A stretch of 64,000 nt of DNA, taken from Lama guanicoe. Lineage: Eukaryota. This document shows positions 51,771-64,000 of this stretch, in pieces. A model generated the notes under the pieces. That model did no database searches and was not told the origin of the DNA. It worked only from the letters and a program-made list of their open reading frames with translations. The stretch covers positions 5,019,328 through 5,083,327 of the forward strand of contig MU054220.1 in NCBI GenBank assembly GCA_013239625.1. Reading direction: 5' to 3'. The translations under genes were made by a program, and so were the position numbers. Every line of letters begins with the position of its first letter. Position 1 is the first letter of the stretch.

Positions 51771-54289
51771 ACGGACTAGCGTAATTCACAAGCTACTAAA
51801 GAGAAATTATTTTGTAGGCTACATAGTCACTGGGTAAAAACTAAAGTCATGTATTTAATTATCCTTTGGAAGGCTCTCTACATTATTTTTTATGAATGCA
51901 GTAGAAACATTGAAAAGCTGAAGGAAAAACAGGAAATTAACTTACATGAAAATTGGTTTATTAATTTTCCCTTCATGTAGAAATGTGTTTTACTGTGTTT
52001 AGAACAATGTAATTTCAAGAAGCAGTGAAAATGTCTTAACTCATAAAAGGAAGCAAACAAAAATGCGATCAGAGAAAACATATTCTGAACCTTTGAAGAG
52101 AGAGGGTTTTGGCATGTGCTTGATTTTGGTCCACAGACCACTTTTGGTGCAATTCTCTTCTAAGATAGAGAAATATGCATGGTTAAAGGCACCAGGGTGA
52201 AATAGTAGAAATGTGTTTTAATACCTCTACTTTAGTCATCTTTTTCTCCCCCACCCTTGGAGCACTATAACCATCCCCAATTTTCTTTACTCTCCTTTAT
52301 TAAATCAGCTCTCCCAGGAATTTTTGAATTTGAAAGATTTCCTTGAATTATGGAATTAAAGTCCTTTTTGTGCTTGACACGACTGCAGAAACTACAGATT
52401 AGGGGTTTTCTGGGCAAGAGGATTATCTTGGTGCCCATGAAATCACTCAGTCGACTTGCTAAGAGCATCTCAGTTATGACATAGAAGTTTTTGAGCTCAT
52501 CTTCTATAGAAAAAATCTAGTAATGACTGGAAACTTGCACCCCCCTCTTGCCTTCCCAACAATCCATTTTACACAGCGAGTCAGAGGAAACTTTCAAAAA
52601 TACAAATCATATCTAATTCTTTCTCTATATAAATCTGTACAATGATTTCCTTTATTCTCAGGAAAAAGAGGATTGTAACATGGCTTACAAGGCTCTGTAA
52701 TAATGTGGCCTCTTTGTACTTCTTGCTAATCTCTGCAGTCTAGAAACATCGGCCTTGTTTTAGTATTTTGAAAATTCTGAGATGGTTGAAATTAAGTTCT
52801 ATTTACTTCTGTATTTCTAGTGCCTAGCACTGTGCCATGATTGAATAATATTTCTTAAATGAATGAATGAAAGAAGAAGAGAAAGAAATATTGGTGCCAT
52901 TCTAATTAGTCTTGGTAAAAATACTCTATTTCTGGTATTGTCCCTTATTCCACAAAAATCTATTGAGTACTTACTATGTGTCAGGCACTGTGCTAGGTGC
53001 TGCTAAACAATTACAATGTGTAATAACTGAGTCTTTGAGAATTAAGAATGGCCTCTCAGGATAGGTTACAGTTTCAGATAAATTTGGAGATCTGGACATA
53101 CAGAAATGGTGGAGTATAACTGTAAAATTCTATCTTTGCTACTTTTAGACTAGACAGAAGATTGAATCTCCAGGCAGACAGAAATGCTTTTAAAACAAAA
53201 GCAAAACACAATGTCTTTTTCCCAAGAGGAAGAAATTAATGTCCTCCATAGCTGTGCATGAAGAGCAGCATATGTCTTAGCTGTCTTGGGATTCTTCAGT
53301 GAAGAGACCTGAGATCTCATTGACTCATTTCCTGTCCTTCCTAGCTCCTTCATCCTGGGCATAAAAGGAATGAAATCATGGGCTGCTCTGAAAGCCTGTT
53401 CTAGATCTGAAGGCATTAGGTACCTCACTGTGTCATTTTATAAATAAAGTGCTCAAGTGTTCAAAACTTCTTTGGCAAATAGCAGCAGAATTACCACCTC
53501 CTCTAGAGGGAGCTGGGTGTAGTAGAGAGGAGGGGTATTTGGATGACACTAAATTAGAACTGATCTATTTAACAGAGAAATTAGCATTGAAGAACCAATT
53601 TGACGTTTCTTTGGAATTAGTAGGATATTTGTGTCAGATGCATGATTTGATCCAAACTGGCTTTAGGGGGAAGTTTTCATTCCCTCTTTTTTTTGTATTA
53701 ATAGCATGCATCTACAACAGATAAATATTTGTATACTGTTTGATTTGCTTCTGTATTTTTTTCCCTAAAAGACAGCTAATTTGAGTGTGGCTACCCTGAA
53801 TATTATTTTCTGCTAATAACGGTACTCAATTGTTACAGTGTTGGTCATTCATATAGGGTACTGTGTCACACCAGACTTATAACTTTATAAGCCCAATTTG
53901 GAAGTAGAGTTTTGAAATTTTAGGGAAAAAGATAGGACTTAGGGTATCTGTTTTTTTCTAAGAAATAATAATTAGCATAAAAGGAACTTTATGATAAATC
54001 ACCTCTTTTGTCTAGTCCTTGAACTGCATGCAGTAGTCTCTCCTCAAAGAGGCCTTCATTCTAGTGAGTTTTACAGAAAGAATCCCAAGTTCCTCATCTG
54101 TATTAAAGAGTTTATTTGTCTGTACCTTTTGGTCAATATCAGATAATTTCACATTATAATCAGTCTTTGAGGCTGTTTTCTCAGCTAAATTATTTTCTGT
54201 TTAAATATTATACTAGCTCCACTTAACACACCAACAAACATTATCAGAGTCATAAAAATGATAATTATGAAAGGCCTTTTAGCTCCTCC

Positions 54290-54358
54290 CCTTCCTTCTT
54301 TCCTTCCTTCCTTCCTTCTCTTCTCCTCCTTCTCCTCCTCCCCCTCCTCCTCCTTCTT
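54290..54358. repeat. (CCTT)/(CCT) polypyrimidine repeat adjoining an L1 3' fragment (54359-54560, minus strand)
   Basis: Read directly. The L1 motif gattattacaagatattgaat follows. Confidence 0.8.
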
Positions 54359-56224
54359 TTAATAAAGATGGCTTTTATCATCCAGTTATACATCTATGAT
54401 TAGATGAAAGCGTCAAGATAATACACACACACACACATATATTATTTTCAGATTCTTTTCCACCATAGATTATTACAAGATATTGAATTTAGTTTCCTGT
54501 GGTATGCAGTAGGTCCTTGTTGTTTATCTGTTTTATATATAGTAACGTGTCTCTTAGTCCAAACTGTTGAATACAGTTTCTCCTAATATTCATAAATCAG
54601 CCTGGGGTTTAATTCTGGGAATGAGAGTGTATATCAGCTCATGATATCTGTCACCCTGTGGTTAGCTTCCACCATGTTTTGTTTGGCTGATCTGATTGCT
54701 TAAGTAGATATTCTATTCTTTCTACAATGCTTCAGTAGCATAGAGTACTTCTCTTTTCCTACTAAAATCTAAATATACTATTAGGCTCATTTGGGGAGAA
54801 ATGTGAAGCTTTAATTCTGACATTTGTTCATAAGCTTATTAGGAGTGTGAAATTGTGATATACTTGCCAAATAAAGTTCAAAGAATAGTATAATAGTGCA
54901 ACAAAACATATAACATAATAGTGAGTAATTATATAGTATAATAGTTTATAGTATAATGATATATATAAAATAGTATCATATAATAATAGGGTAATAGTAC
55001 AACTATAGTATACTAATGGTACAATTCTCAAAGAGAAGTATAAGCACAGGATAGGATGACCCAATGAAGGTTATAGGTAGGGTTGATCACAGTGGAATTG
55101 GGGATCCATCAGCATGTGAACACAGAACAACTTTTTTTAAGATTGCTCTGGATATATTCTTATAAATTTGTCACTTGGATTCACAGTAGGTTGATTGTAT
55201 TTACAAATCGCTTGGTGAATTCTTATAATGCAATATTCTTTCCAGAAATTTTCAGTTTTGTCTTAAATGTGTATTCCTGGATAAACCCCATCACTGCCTG
55301 TCTTCACAGTATATCCTTATTTAACTTCATTTTTGTTCCCAACACACCTTCAAGCCTAATGATCACCCTAGAGCTGTTTCTACAGTTTATGAAGGATGTG
55401 GAGCCAGAATCAGCTTTTTATCAGAGTCTCCACTTCACTAGGTTTAAAGTAATCCTTAAGTGATGTTGGTAAAATTGAAACAATTTTTGTTTGGATAACT
55501 AATACAGATAACTCTGGTGTCATATCCTTCCTGGTCTTACGTGCTGCTTCACCTCTACCAGAAGAGGAAGTGTTCAGACCCCACCTATGCTCCTCAAAAT
55601 GCTTCTTAGAAAGATGGTTGACTCCTGTGCCGGTAATGCCACTATGCAACTTAAACAAACTAATTTGGTTTCCATGGAGGAAGTAATTTGCACTGTCAAG
55701 AAAGAGGGAAAATGGTTTTCCTGCAGGAAGGAGCTTGGATGGTATAAGGAAGATAAATAGCCCTGAATGAAAGGGTGAATAAAACCCTAGACAATTTGAA
55801 ATTCCTTTGGAGGAATCTGGGAGTTAAGCATTTTCTTTCTTCTCCCTTTATCTCTTGTCTGTCTCATATTTCAGTTTTATTGCCCCTCTTTCTCTGCCCA
55901 TGGTGCTGAATTATGATGAGCCCCATACTTAGTTTAACCTTAGCTATTTCCTGACCCACGCTTTCTTTTAAGGTAGATAATGACGCAGTTTGCTTCTTTC
56001 TCTGCAGTCATGACCATTATTAAATCTTTTACAATAGTCATGTCTAATTTCTTATTATGCTTTCCCCTCACCAGTGCGTTGGGCAATATGTCTGGCAGGA
56101 GAAGCACAGGCACCATCTCTGGCTAAAATAACATCAAAAGCCAGAGCTAAGACCCAGTAAGTGTATTTGTTTAATCAGAAACGTATATTGGGATGGTTCA
56201 GAATGCTCATGGATGTACTACATA

Positions 56225-56482
56225 ACTTCACTTATATGAAATATTTCAAACGTAAAACTTATAAAATCAGTGACTGAATGGTGATTACCAGGAGATGAGG
56301 GAGAGGGAAATGGGGAGTTATTAATCAACAGGCATAAACTTTCAGTTAAGTAAGATGAATAAGTTCTAGAGCTCTGTTGTACAACATTGCATATTGGTAT
56401 ATAGTCAAAAATAATGTATTACATGCTTAAAATTTGTTAAGAGGATAGATCTCATATTGAATGTTCTTACCACAAAAAAAGA
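56225..56482 (+). mobile_element. L1MA-like 3' end
   Basis: tttcagttaagtaagatgaataagttctagag...gatagatctcatattgaatgttcttaccacaaaa. Confidence 0.85.
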
Positions 56483-57009
56483 GTAAAAGTTCCCTTAACC
56501 CCTGCTTGTTAAATATAGTAACAATGGACCATTTAAGGGAAGGGGGAGATATCCACTAAATGCATGTGTTTTAAAAAAAGACTCCACCAGAAAAATCAAT
56601 GTTAATATCCTCCATTACAGAGGGAAAATAATTTCTATGCAACAGTTTCAAAAAGTCTGATCATTAACTTCAATGTATTATTATTTTTTGATAACAAATG
56701 CACAGGGATATTCTTTAAATAAAAGAGTTAGCTCATGATTATTATCACACTACTCTCTTGTAGGATTTTGGCATTTCTAGATTTTTGATGCCACTCATAT
56801 TTTAATACCATATGACCTTTTATATTGAACTGTATGATTTTTCCAGCTGTGTTTTCATATCTCTCTTCTCTGTCCTTGCAGCAACCTGCCAGCTAGCTAA
56901 AACAGAAATAATTATCTGCACCTCTATTATAATAATTATTTAACTATACAGCACTTTTCTAATGATTTGTCTGCCTCCTCTGCCAGATGGAAAACTCCCA
57001 TGAGTGCAG

Positions 57010-57440
57010 TGCATCAGTCAGGAATACAATTAGCTCTGAGTAACAAATACCCCAAGTAATAGTAGCTTAAATCATGATATATGTTATTTATTTAGTAAAA
57101 AGTTCTGAGGTAATATTTAGTGGCTTGATGATACTATTAAAAATAAAGGCCCAAGATTTTTCTATTATCCTGAGTGGAATAGATTCATCTCCTTTGTGTT
57201 GTAACCTCATGGCCACAGTATGGCTGCCACAGTTCCAGTCACTTTGTTGCTAACATTCCAAGCAGGAAGAAGGGGAGTATGTGGGGAAAAAGTTTCCTTG
57301 TGAGTGAAGAAAATTGATTATGGAAGCTCATTTGATATTCTCTTATGCCTTATTTACCAGGACTGGGCCACATAGCCACTCTTAGTTTCAAAGGAGGTTA
57401 GAAAAGAGAATATTTGCAAAGAGGATAAGAATTGTCATGA
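57010..57440 (-). mobile_element. Old MLT1 LTR
   Basis: agtagcttaaa...atggctgccacagttccag...ccaggactgggccacatagcc. Confidence 0.6.
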
Positions 57441-59049
57441 TTCATTCAGAAAAAAACATGTTTATCTTTTGGAGCTGGGCAGATTGATACCTGAACAAAA
57501 TACGTTTTTGTTTTTTTTTTCTGTTTCCCTCCCTCCTTTCTTTCCTTCCTTCTTTTTTTATTTTTTAAATCTGGGAAGACTGTGAAATAGAAGAGCCAGT
57601 GGCAATAGGAATACTGTCCTCCACAGGCAACGACTGTCCCTGATTCATTTTTAAGAAATGCCTGAGGCTGGCCCCCCCACCCCGGGCCAAAATCCATACT
57701 ATTAGAATAAATGAAACTTTCTTTGGCAGGTAAACTGAGGCCCAGAGAGTAGAAAGTATGTAATTTTTCCTAAGACACAGCTCATTAGGAGAATAAGTGA
57801 AACTTTAACTCACCTGTGATGACTTCCGGGCTGGGGCTCTTTCTATTAGGCAAAGCCACATCCTGGTTTTTGTCGTATTACTTATAGAAAAGTTAATGCA
57901 ACATGTTATCTTTCTATTTGTTGATAGAATGGCTTAATGTACACAAGGTAAGTGTTCCTCCTGGAATTTAGGTAAGAGATAGCATATTTAAATATTTCCT
58001 CTAATAAGAATCAATCAACCATGCCCTTCTTTGGATGATCTACAATTACAGAGTAAGATTACTGGCATGTAGTAAATTGTAATTCAAAGCCAAACTGAAC
58101 TGTACATTTTAATCTACTTAGAATTAGTATTAAATATGAAGTAGGAACACTTCAGAACTTAAACAATGAATATTGAGACTCATTATATGTCAGACATACA
58201 GCTAGTTATTTGAAACATAATTTAGATATTACTCTTTTCAATTTGCTGTTGAGGAAACTACGAATTATAGAAGTTGTGACTTGCTAGAGGTCATAAAGCT
58301 GCAAAGTGGCAGAGCTAGGATTCAAACCTGGCAAAGTTAGACTTTAAAACTTGTGCTTTTCACACTGTTTCAAACCACTGTCCAGTGCTTGGGCACTACA
58401 ATAATCATATTTTAATGAGCGCCCACTGAGGACCGAAAAGCCCTTGGTAGTTAGATAGGGATATTGTATATGCTTGAATAATTTTTTGCTTCTAGGTTGT
58501 TTGGGAATTAGCATTTTAATATTTTGCATGTAAAAATGTTTTATATGTTTTATAGACTGAAAAGTTTTATGCAACTATCCATTATCATTATCCTTATGTC
58601 AGAATTCAGGTTGACTTCCTTGGAATTTCAATGTAGGCTTATAAAAAAACTTTGTATGGCATATTGAATTTTTTTCGTATTAGCATAAAGAAGTAAAATA
58701 CACATTAGAAGTTGTTTAAAGATTCCTGCACCTTTTATGCATTACAATGTGTACCGAAGTTAGTTCTAAAGTATATCTATAGCTCATTTTATTTTATGCT
58801 ATGGCACCTTGTTTATAGTATAGTATATTTATGGGTTAGAATATCTTTAAATATTCTGGTCTTATGTAGTTGTTTTTTTTTCTTTCCTGATAAAATTTTG
58901 AAGTGACTTTTAATGTCTTAAGAAACACTGTACTTGAGGTGCAAAACTGTTTTATTACTTTGTTACAAGCTAGCTTTTTAAAAAATAACCCTTGGTATTC
59001 TTATTGACTTGGCTTGTGTTAAAGATGGATTTTCCTGATTTTATGATTT

Positions 59050-62000
59050 TTGGCTTGTTGAGTGTTGGTCTGAGGTATGATTGACATACAAAATTTGTAC
59101 ATATTTAATATATATAACTTGAAGAGTTGGAAATGTACATCAGCGAAACCATCATCACAATCTATGCCATAAACATGTCCATCACTTCTAAAAGTTTCCT
59201 TCTGCCTTCATTATGTATAACAACAACAACAACAACAATAATAATTTAAAAATTTAATTCAATTTATTTTTAACATTTTTTTACTTGAGTTCTAGTCATT
59301 TTACAATGTTGTGTCAAATTCCAGTGTAGAGCACAATTTTTCAGTTATACATAAACATACATATATTCTATGTATGTTTTTTCGCTGTAAGCTATCATAA
59401 TATAATCTTGTATATATTTCCCTGTGATATATAGTATAATCTTGTTTATCTATTCTACATTTTGAACTCCTAGTCTGTCCCTTCCCACCCCCCACCCTCT
59501 TGGCAACCACAAGTTTGTATCCTATGTCTATGAGTCTGTTTCTGTTTTGTATTTATGTTTTTTTGGTTTTTTTTTTGGTTCCACATTTGAGCGATCTCAC
59601 ATGGTATTTTTCTTTCTCTTTCTGGCTTACTTCACTTAGCATGACATTCTCCAGAAACATCCATGTTGCTGCAAATGGTGTTATGTTGTTGATTTTTATG
59701 GCCGAATAGTGTTCCATTGTATAAATATACCACATCTTCTTTATCCAGTCATCTGTTGATGGACATTTAGGCTGTTTCCATGTCTTGGCTATTGTAAATA
59801 GTGCTGCTGTGAACATTGGGGTGCAGGTGTATTTTTGAAGTAGAGTTCCTACTGGATATATGCCCAGGAGCGGAATTCCTGGGTCATATGGTCAGTCTAT
59901 TCCTAGTCTTTTGAAGAATCTCCATACTGTTTTCCACAGTGGCTACACCAAACTGCGTTCCCCCCAGCAGTGAAGGAGGGTTCCCTTTTGTCCACAGCCT
60001 CTCCAGCATTTGTCGTTTGTGGACTTTTGAATGATGGCCATTCTGACTGGTGTGAGGTGATATCTCATTGTAGTTTTGATTTGCATTTCTCTGATAATTA
60101 GTGATATTGAGCGTTTTTCCATGTGCCTAGTGATCATTTGTATGTCGTCCTGGAGAATTGCTTGTTTAGGTCCTTTGCCCATTTTTGGATTGGGCTGTTT
60201 GTTTTTTTCTTATTAAGTCATATGAGCTGCTTATATATTCTGGAGATCAAGCCTTTGTCAGTTTCATTGTTTGCAATAAATTTCCTCCTATTCCTTAGGT
60301 TGTCTTTTTGTTTTGCTTATGGTTTCCTTTGCTGTGCAGAAGCTTGTAAGTTTCATTAGGTCCCATTTGTTTATTCTTGCTTTTATTTCTATTGCTTGGG
60401 TAGACTGCCCTAGGAGAACATTTTTGAGATATATGTTGAGATAATGTTTTGCCTGTATTTTCTTCTAGGAGGTTTATTGTATCTTGTCTTATGTTTAAGT
60501 CTTTGATCCATTTTGAGTTTATTTTTGTGTATGGTGTAAGGGAGTGTTCTAGCTTTATTGATTTACATGCTGCTGTCCAGTTTTCCCAACACCATTTGTT
60601 GAAGAGACTGTCTTTATTTCATTGTATATTCTTGCCTCCTTTGTTGAAGATGAGTTGACCAAAAGTTTGTGGGTTCATTTCTGGGCTCTCTGTTCTGTTC
60701 CATTGGTCTGTATGTTTGTTTTTGTACCAATACCATGCTGCCTTGATGACTGTAGCTCTATAGCATTGTCTGAAGTCTGGGAGAGTTGTTCCTCCAGCCT
60801 CTTTCTTTCTCTTCAGTAATGCTTTGGCAATTCTAGGTCTTTTATGGTTCCATATAAATTTTATTATGATTTGTTCTAGTTCTGTGAAATATGTCCTGGG
60901 TAATTTGATAGGGATTATTATTACTATGTTTTGAGAAGATCACAAGATCCATCCTCCCAGCAAATTTTTGAGTATATAATACAGCATTGGTAACTATGGG
61001 CACCATGCAGATCCCTAGGACTTATTCATTCTGTATAACTGAAACTCTGTACAGTTGAACTAATACTTCTCCATTTCTTCCTCCTCAAAGGCCCTGGCAA
61101 TCATAATTCTACTCTAGGCTTATAAGAGTTTGACTGTTTTAGATTTCTCACATATATAGTATGAGCAGTACGTTCTTTAGTGTCTTCTGTTACTTCACTC
61201 AACATAAATATCCTCCAGGTTCATCCACGTTGTTGCAAATGGCAGAATTTCCTTCTTTTTTCTTTGCAGCTGAATAATATCCTATTCTATGTATATTCCA
61301 TATTTTCTTTATCCATTCATTCATTGATAGGCATTTGGGTTGTTTCTACCACTTGTCTATTGTGAATAATGCTGCAATAAACATGGGTGTGCAGATATCT
61401 CTTTGAGATCACATTTTCATTTAGTTGGACATACCTAGACATGGGGTTGCTGGATTGTATGGTAGCTCTATTTTTAATTTTTTGAGAAACTGCCATACTG
61501 TTTCCATAAAGGCTGTATCAATTTACATCCCCACTAATAGTGCACAAGAGTTCCCTTTTCTCTACACCCTGGCTGACACTTGTTATCTCTTGTCTTTGAT
61601 AACAGGTATCTCAACAGATGTGGGGTGATATCTCACTGTGGTTTTGATTTGCATTTCCTTAATGATTAGTGATACCGAACACTTTTTTATATACGTGTTG
61701 GCCATTTGTATGTCTTCTTTGGAGAAAATCTATTCAGTTCCTTTGCCCTTTTTTAAATCAAATTGTTTTCTTTGCTACTGAGTAGTATCAGTTCCTTATG
61801 TATTTTGGATATTAAACCTTTTTAGAAATATCATTTGCAAGTATTTTCTCCCATTTGGTAGGTTTTATTTTCATTTTATTGGTTGTTTCCTTTGATGTGA
61901 AGAAGCTTTTTAGATTGATGTAGTTCATTTGTCTATTTTTGCTTTTGTTGCTTGCACTTTTGGGGTTTTAACTAAGAAATCATCCAAGACTAATACCAAA

Positions 62001-62786
62001 AAGCTTTTCTCCTTTGTTTTCTTCTAGGAGTTTTATGATTTCAGGTCTTTAATCCCTTTTGAGTTGATTTTTGTGTATGGTAAGATGGGGTGCCTTTTCA
62101 TTCTTTTGCTAAGATAGGGGTGCATTTTCATTCTTTCACATGTGGCTATTCAGTTTCTGAACACCATTTATTGCAGAGATTATCATTTCTCATTGTGAAT
62201 TCTTGTCTCTTTTGTTGTAAATTAATTGACCATATATGCATACATTTATTTCTGGGGTTTCTATTTTTTTCCATTGATCTATGTGTCTGTTTTTATGCCA
62301 ATACAATACTGTTTTGATTATCATAGCTTTGTACTATAGCTTGAAATCAGGAAGTGTGATACATCCAGCTCTGTTTTTCTTTCTTAAGATTGCTGTGGCT
62401 GTTTGAGTTCTTCTGTGGTTCCATACAAATTTTAGAGTTGTTTATTTGATTTCTGTGAAAAATGCCATAGGAATTTTGATAGGGACTGCATTCAATCTGT
62501 GGATTGCTTTGAGTGGTATGGACATTTTAACAATATTAATTATTTTGATCCATTTGCATGGAATATCTTTTCACTATTTGTGTCCTCTTCTATTTCTTTT
62601 ATTAATGTCATAGTTTTCAGTGTATAGATCTTTCATCATTTTGGTTGAATTTATTCCCAAGTATTTTATTCTATTGATGGTATTATAAATGGGATTGTTT
62701 TCTTAATTTCTCTATCTGATAATTCATTGTTAATGTATAAAATGCAACTGACTTTTGGTATATTGATTTTCTATGCTGCAATTTTA
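59050..62786 (-). mobile_element. Older L1 (L1MA-like), split by a younger L1
   Basis: The 3' UTR at 59050-59245 resumes at 60917 and runs into degraded ORF2 sequence. Confidence 0.85.
59246..60916 (-). mobile_element. Younger L1, 5'-truncated (~1.7 kb)
   Basis: ORFs 59553-59816 and 59943-60182 translate to L1 ORF2 C-terminal motifs ([30 protein letters not shown]). The frame is broken. Confidence 0.92.
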
Positions 62787-62789
62787 TTG

Positions 62790-63205
62790 GATTCAAGACT
62801 GCCATAACAAAGTACCAACAACCTAGTGGCCTAGAACAATAGAAATGTATTGCCTCACAGTTCCCTAGGCTAGAGTTTGAAATCAAGGTGTTGGCAGGGC
62901 CATGCCCTCTCTGAAGGTACTAGGGAAGGATCTGTTCTAGGCCTTTCTCTCTCCTAGCTTTTCCTAGTTTGACTTGTGACAGCATAACTCCAGTGTTCAT
63001 GTGGCTTTCTCCCTGTGTGTCTGTGTTTTCACATGGTGTTCTTTTCAATACAACAGTCATATTGAATTAAGGCCCAGAGTACTCCAGTTTGACTTCATCT
63101 TAACAAATTACATCAGCAATCATCCCATTTCCAAATAAGGTCATATTCTGAAGTATTGAGAGGTAGGGTTTCAACATATAAATTTTAGGGGAGCTGCAAT
63201 CTGTT
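62790..63205 (-). mobile_element. MLT1 (MaLR) LTR
   Basis: ctgccataacaaagtacca...aatcaaggtgttggcagggccatg...tttccaaataaggtcatattctg. Confidence 0.85.
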
Positions 63206-64000
63206 AGAGCACCTGCTATAATTTATTATTATTATATCAGTTAATTTATACTTTTTTATTCCTTAACCCCTCTGTAGAATATAAATTCCTTTAAGGAGTC
63301 CTTAATTATTTAAAAAAAATTCCAGTGCTTAGTGCATTACCTGATAAAGAAGAACACAAAATACTAGTGGTATGGCTATTTTAAGTGGTAGACTTTGATA
63401 ATCCAAGGTTTGAGATTTTTATTCTCCATTTATTATAATGACATCTAACATTTACCCCAAACTCTAGTTATATGGTTGCCTCAAATAAGATATTACTTAT
63501 TTTTTTGACAAGTAGTTGATATGGCTTTAATTAAATCTAATAGTGCAACATGATAGAGAGAGAAAACCAGGCATTTCTTCATGTCATTTGGTGATCTGAC
63601 CAAGGAAATCAGTCTTTAAAAATTCCTTAAGGCATTTTCATTTAATTTAAGGATCAAATTAGAGGTTGAAGAGGACATATTTAACCTCAATAATTTCCAT
63701 ATTCTGTTACTTGCTTTAATTTGAATTTAGAAGTGATTGAACACAGGAGGTCATTAGATGCATGACTACACATTCTGATTCTGTGAATTCAGACTCAAAT
63801 CTGATGTTTGAAAAATAAGTTCACTGTAAGCTTTGGATATGAGATTGTGGTATGTACTTATCTTTCTTTTTTGGTTACCTATCTCCTGACCACTTTCTTC
63901 TTATGTTTGGGGAATCTCCCCGTCCCCATTTTGAATCTTTTTGAGAGACTGAGCTGCCTCCTACTACAGAAGCTGAAAATGCCCAGTCCTTACTTTCCTA

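Noticed and set aside
51743..51790. Minus-strand terminal exon reading LVNYASPFTTYMEYY*
   Set aside because: I do not recognise the peptide, found no linked upstream exons, and the segment overlaps a possible CR1 relic.
52265..52503. Minus-strand acceptor followed by an open frame (EDELKNFYVITEMLLASRLSDF...)
   Set aside because: No recognisable homology and no partner exons. It is compatible with chance; BLASTX/PhyloCSF would settle it.
59553..60182. ORFs with protein-like sequence
   Set aside because: Broken L1 ORF2 fragments, not a host gene.

Overview
This window is mammalian genomic DNA, most likely camelid: it carries six tRNA-Ala-like SINE copies resembling the camelid Vic-1 family, several with target-site duplications (TSDs). 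It looks intronic or intergenic. I cannot support any protein-coding gene, RNA gene or CRISPR array. The ORF-track entries are short; those I can place fall in L1, LTR or low-complexity sequence, and the rest look like chance ORFs. Most of the window is layered transposon relics: MIR/L2, MaLR and ERVL LTRs, ERV1-type solo LTRs, old and young L1, hAT and Tigger DNA elements, and a possible CR1/L3 remnant. Several insertions are nested and have readable TSDs. The unique sequence holds candidate regulatory elements: a near-consensus CTCF site at ~2.3 kb, a p53/p63 + AP-1 + ETS + GC-box cluster ending in a splice donor at ~15 kb, an ARE + E-box pair at ~44.2 kb, and a CDX/TCF pair at ~30.7 kb. I did not find a convincing novel biological system. 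Repeat family names come from recalled consensus sequences, not from a database search.
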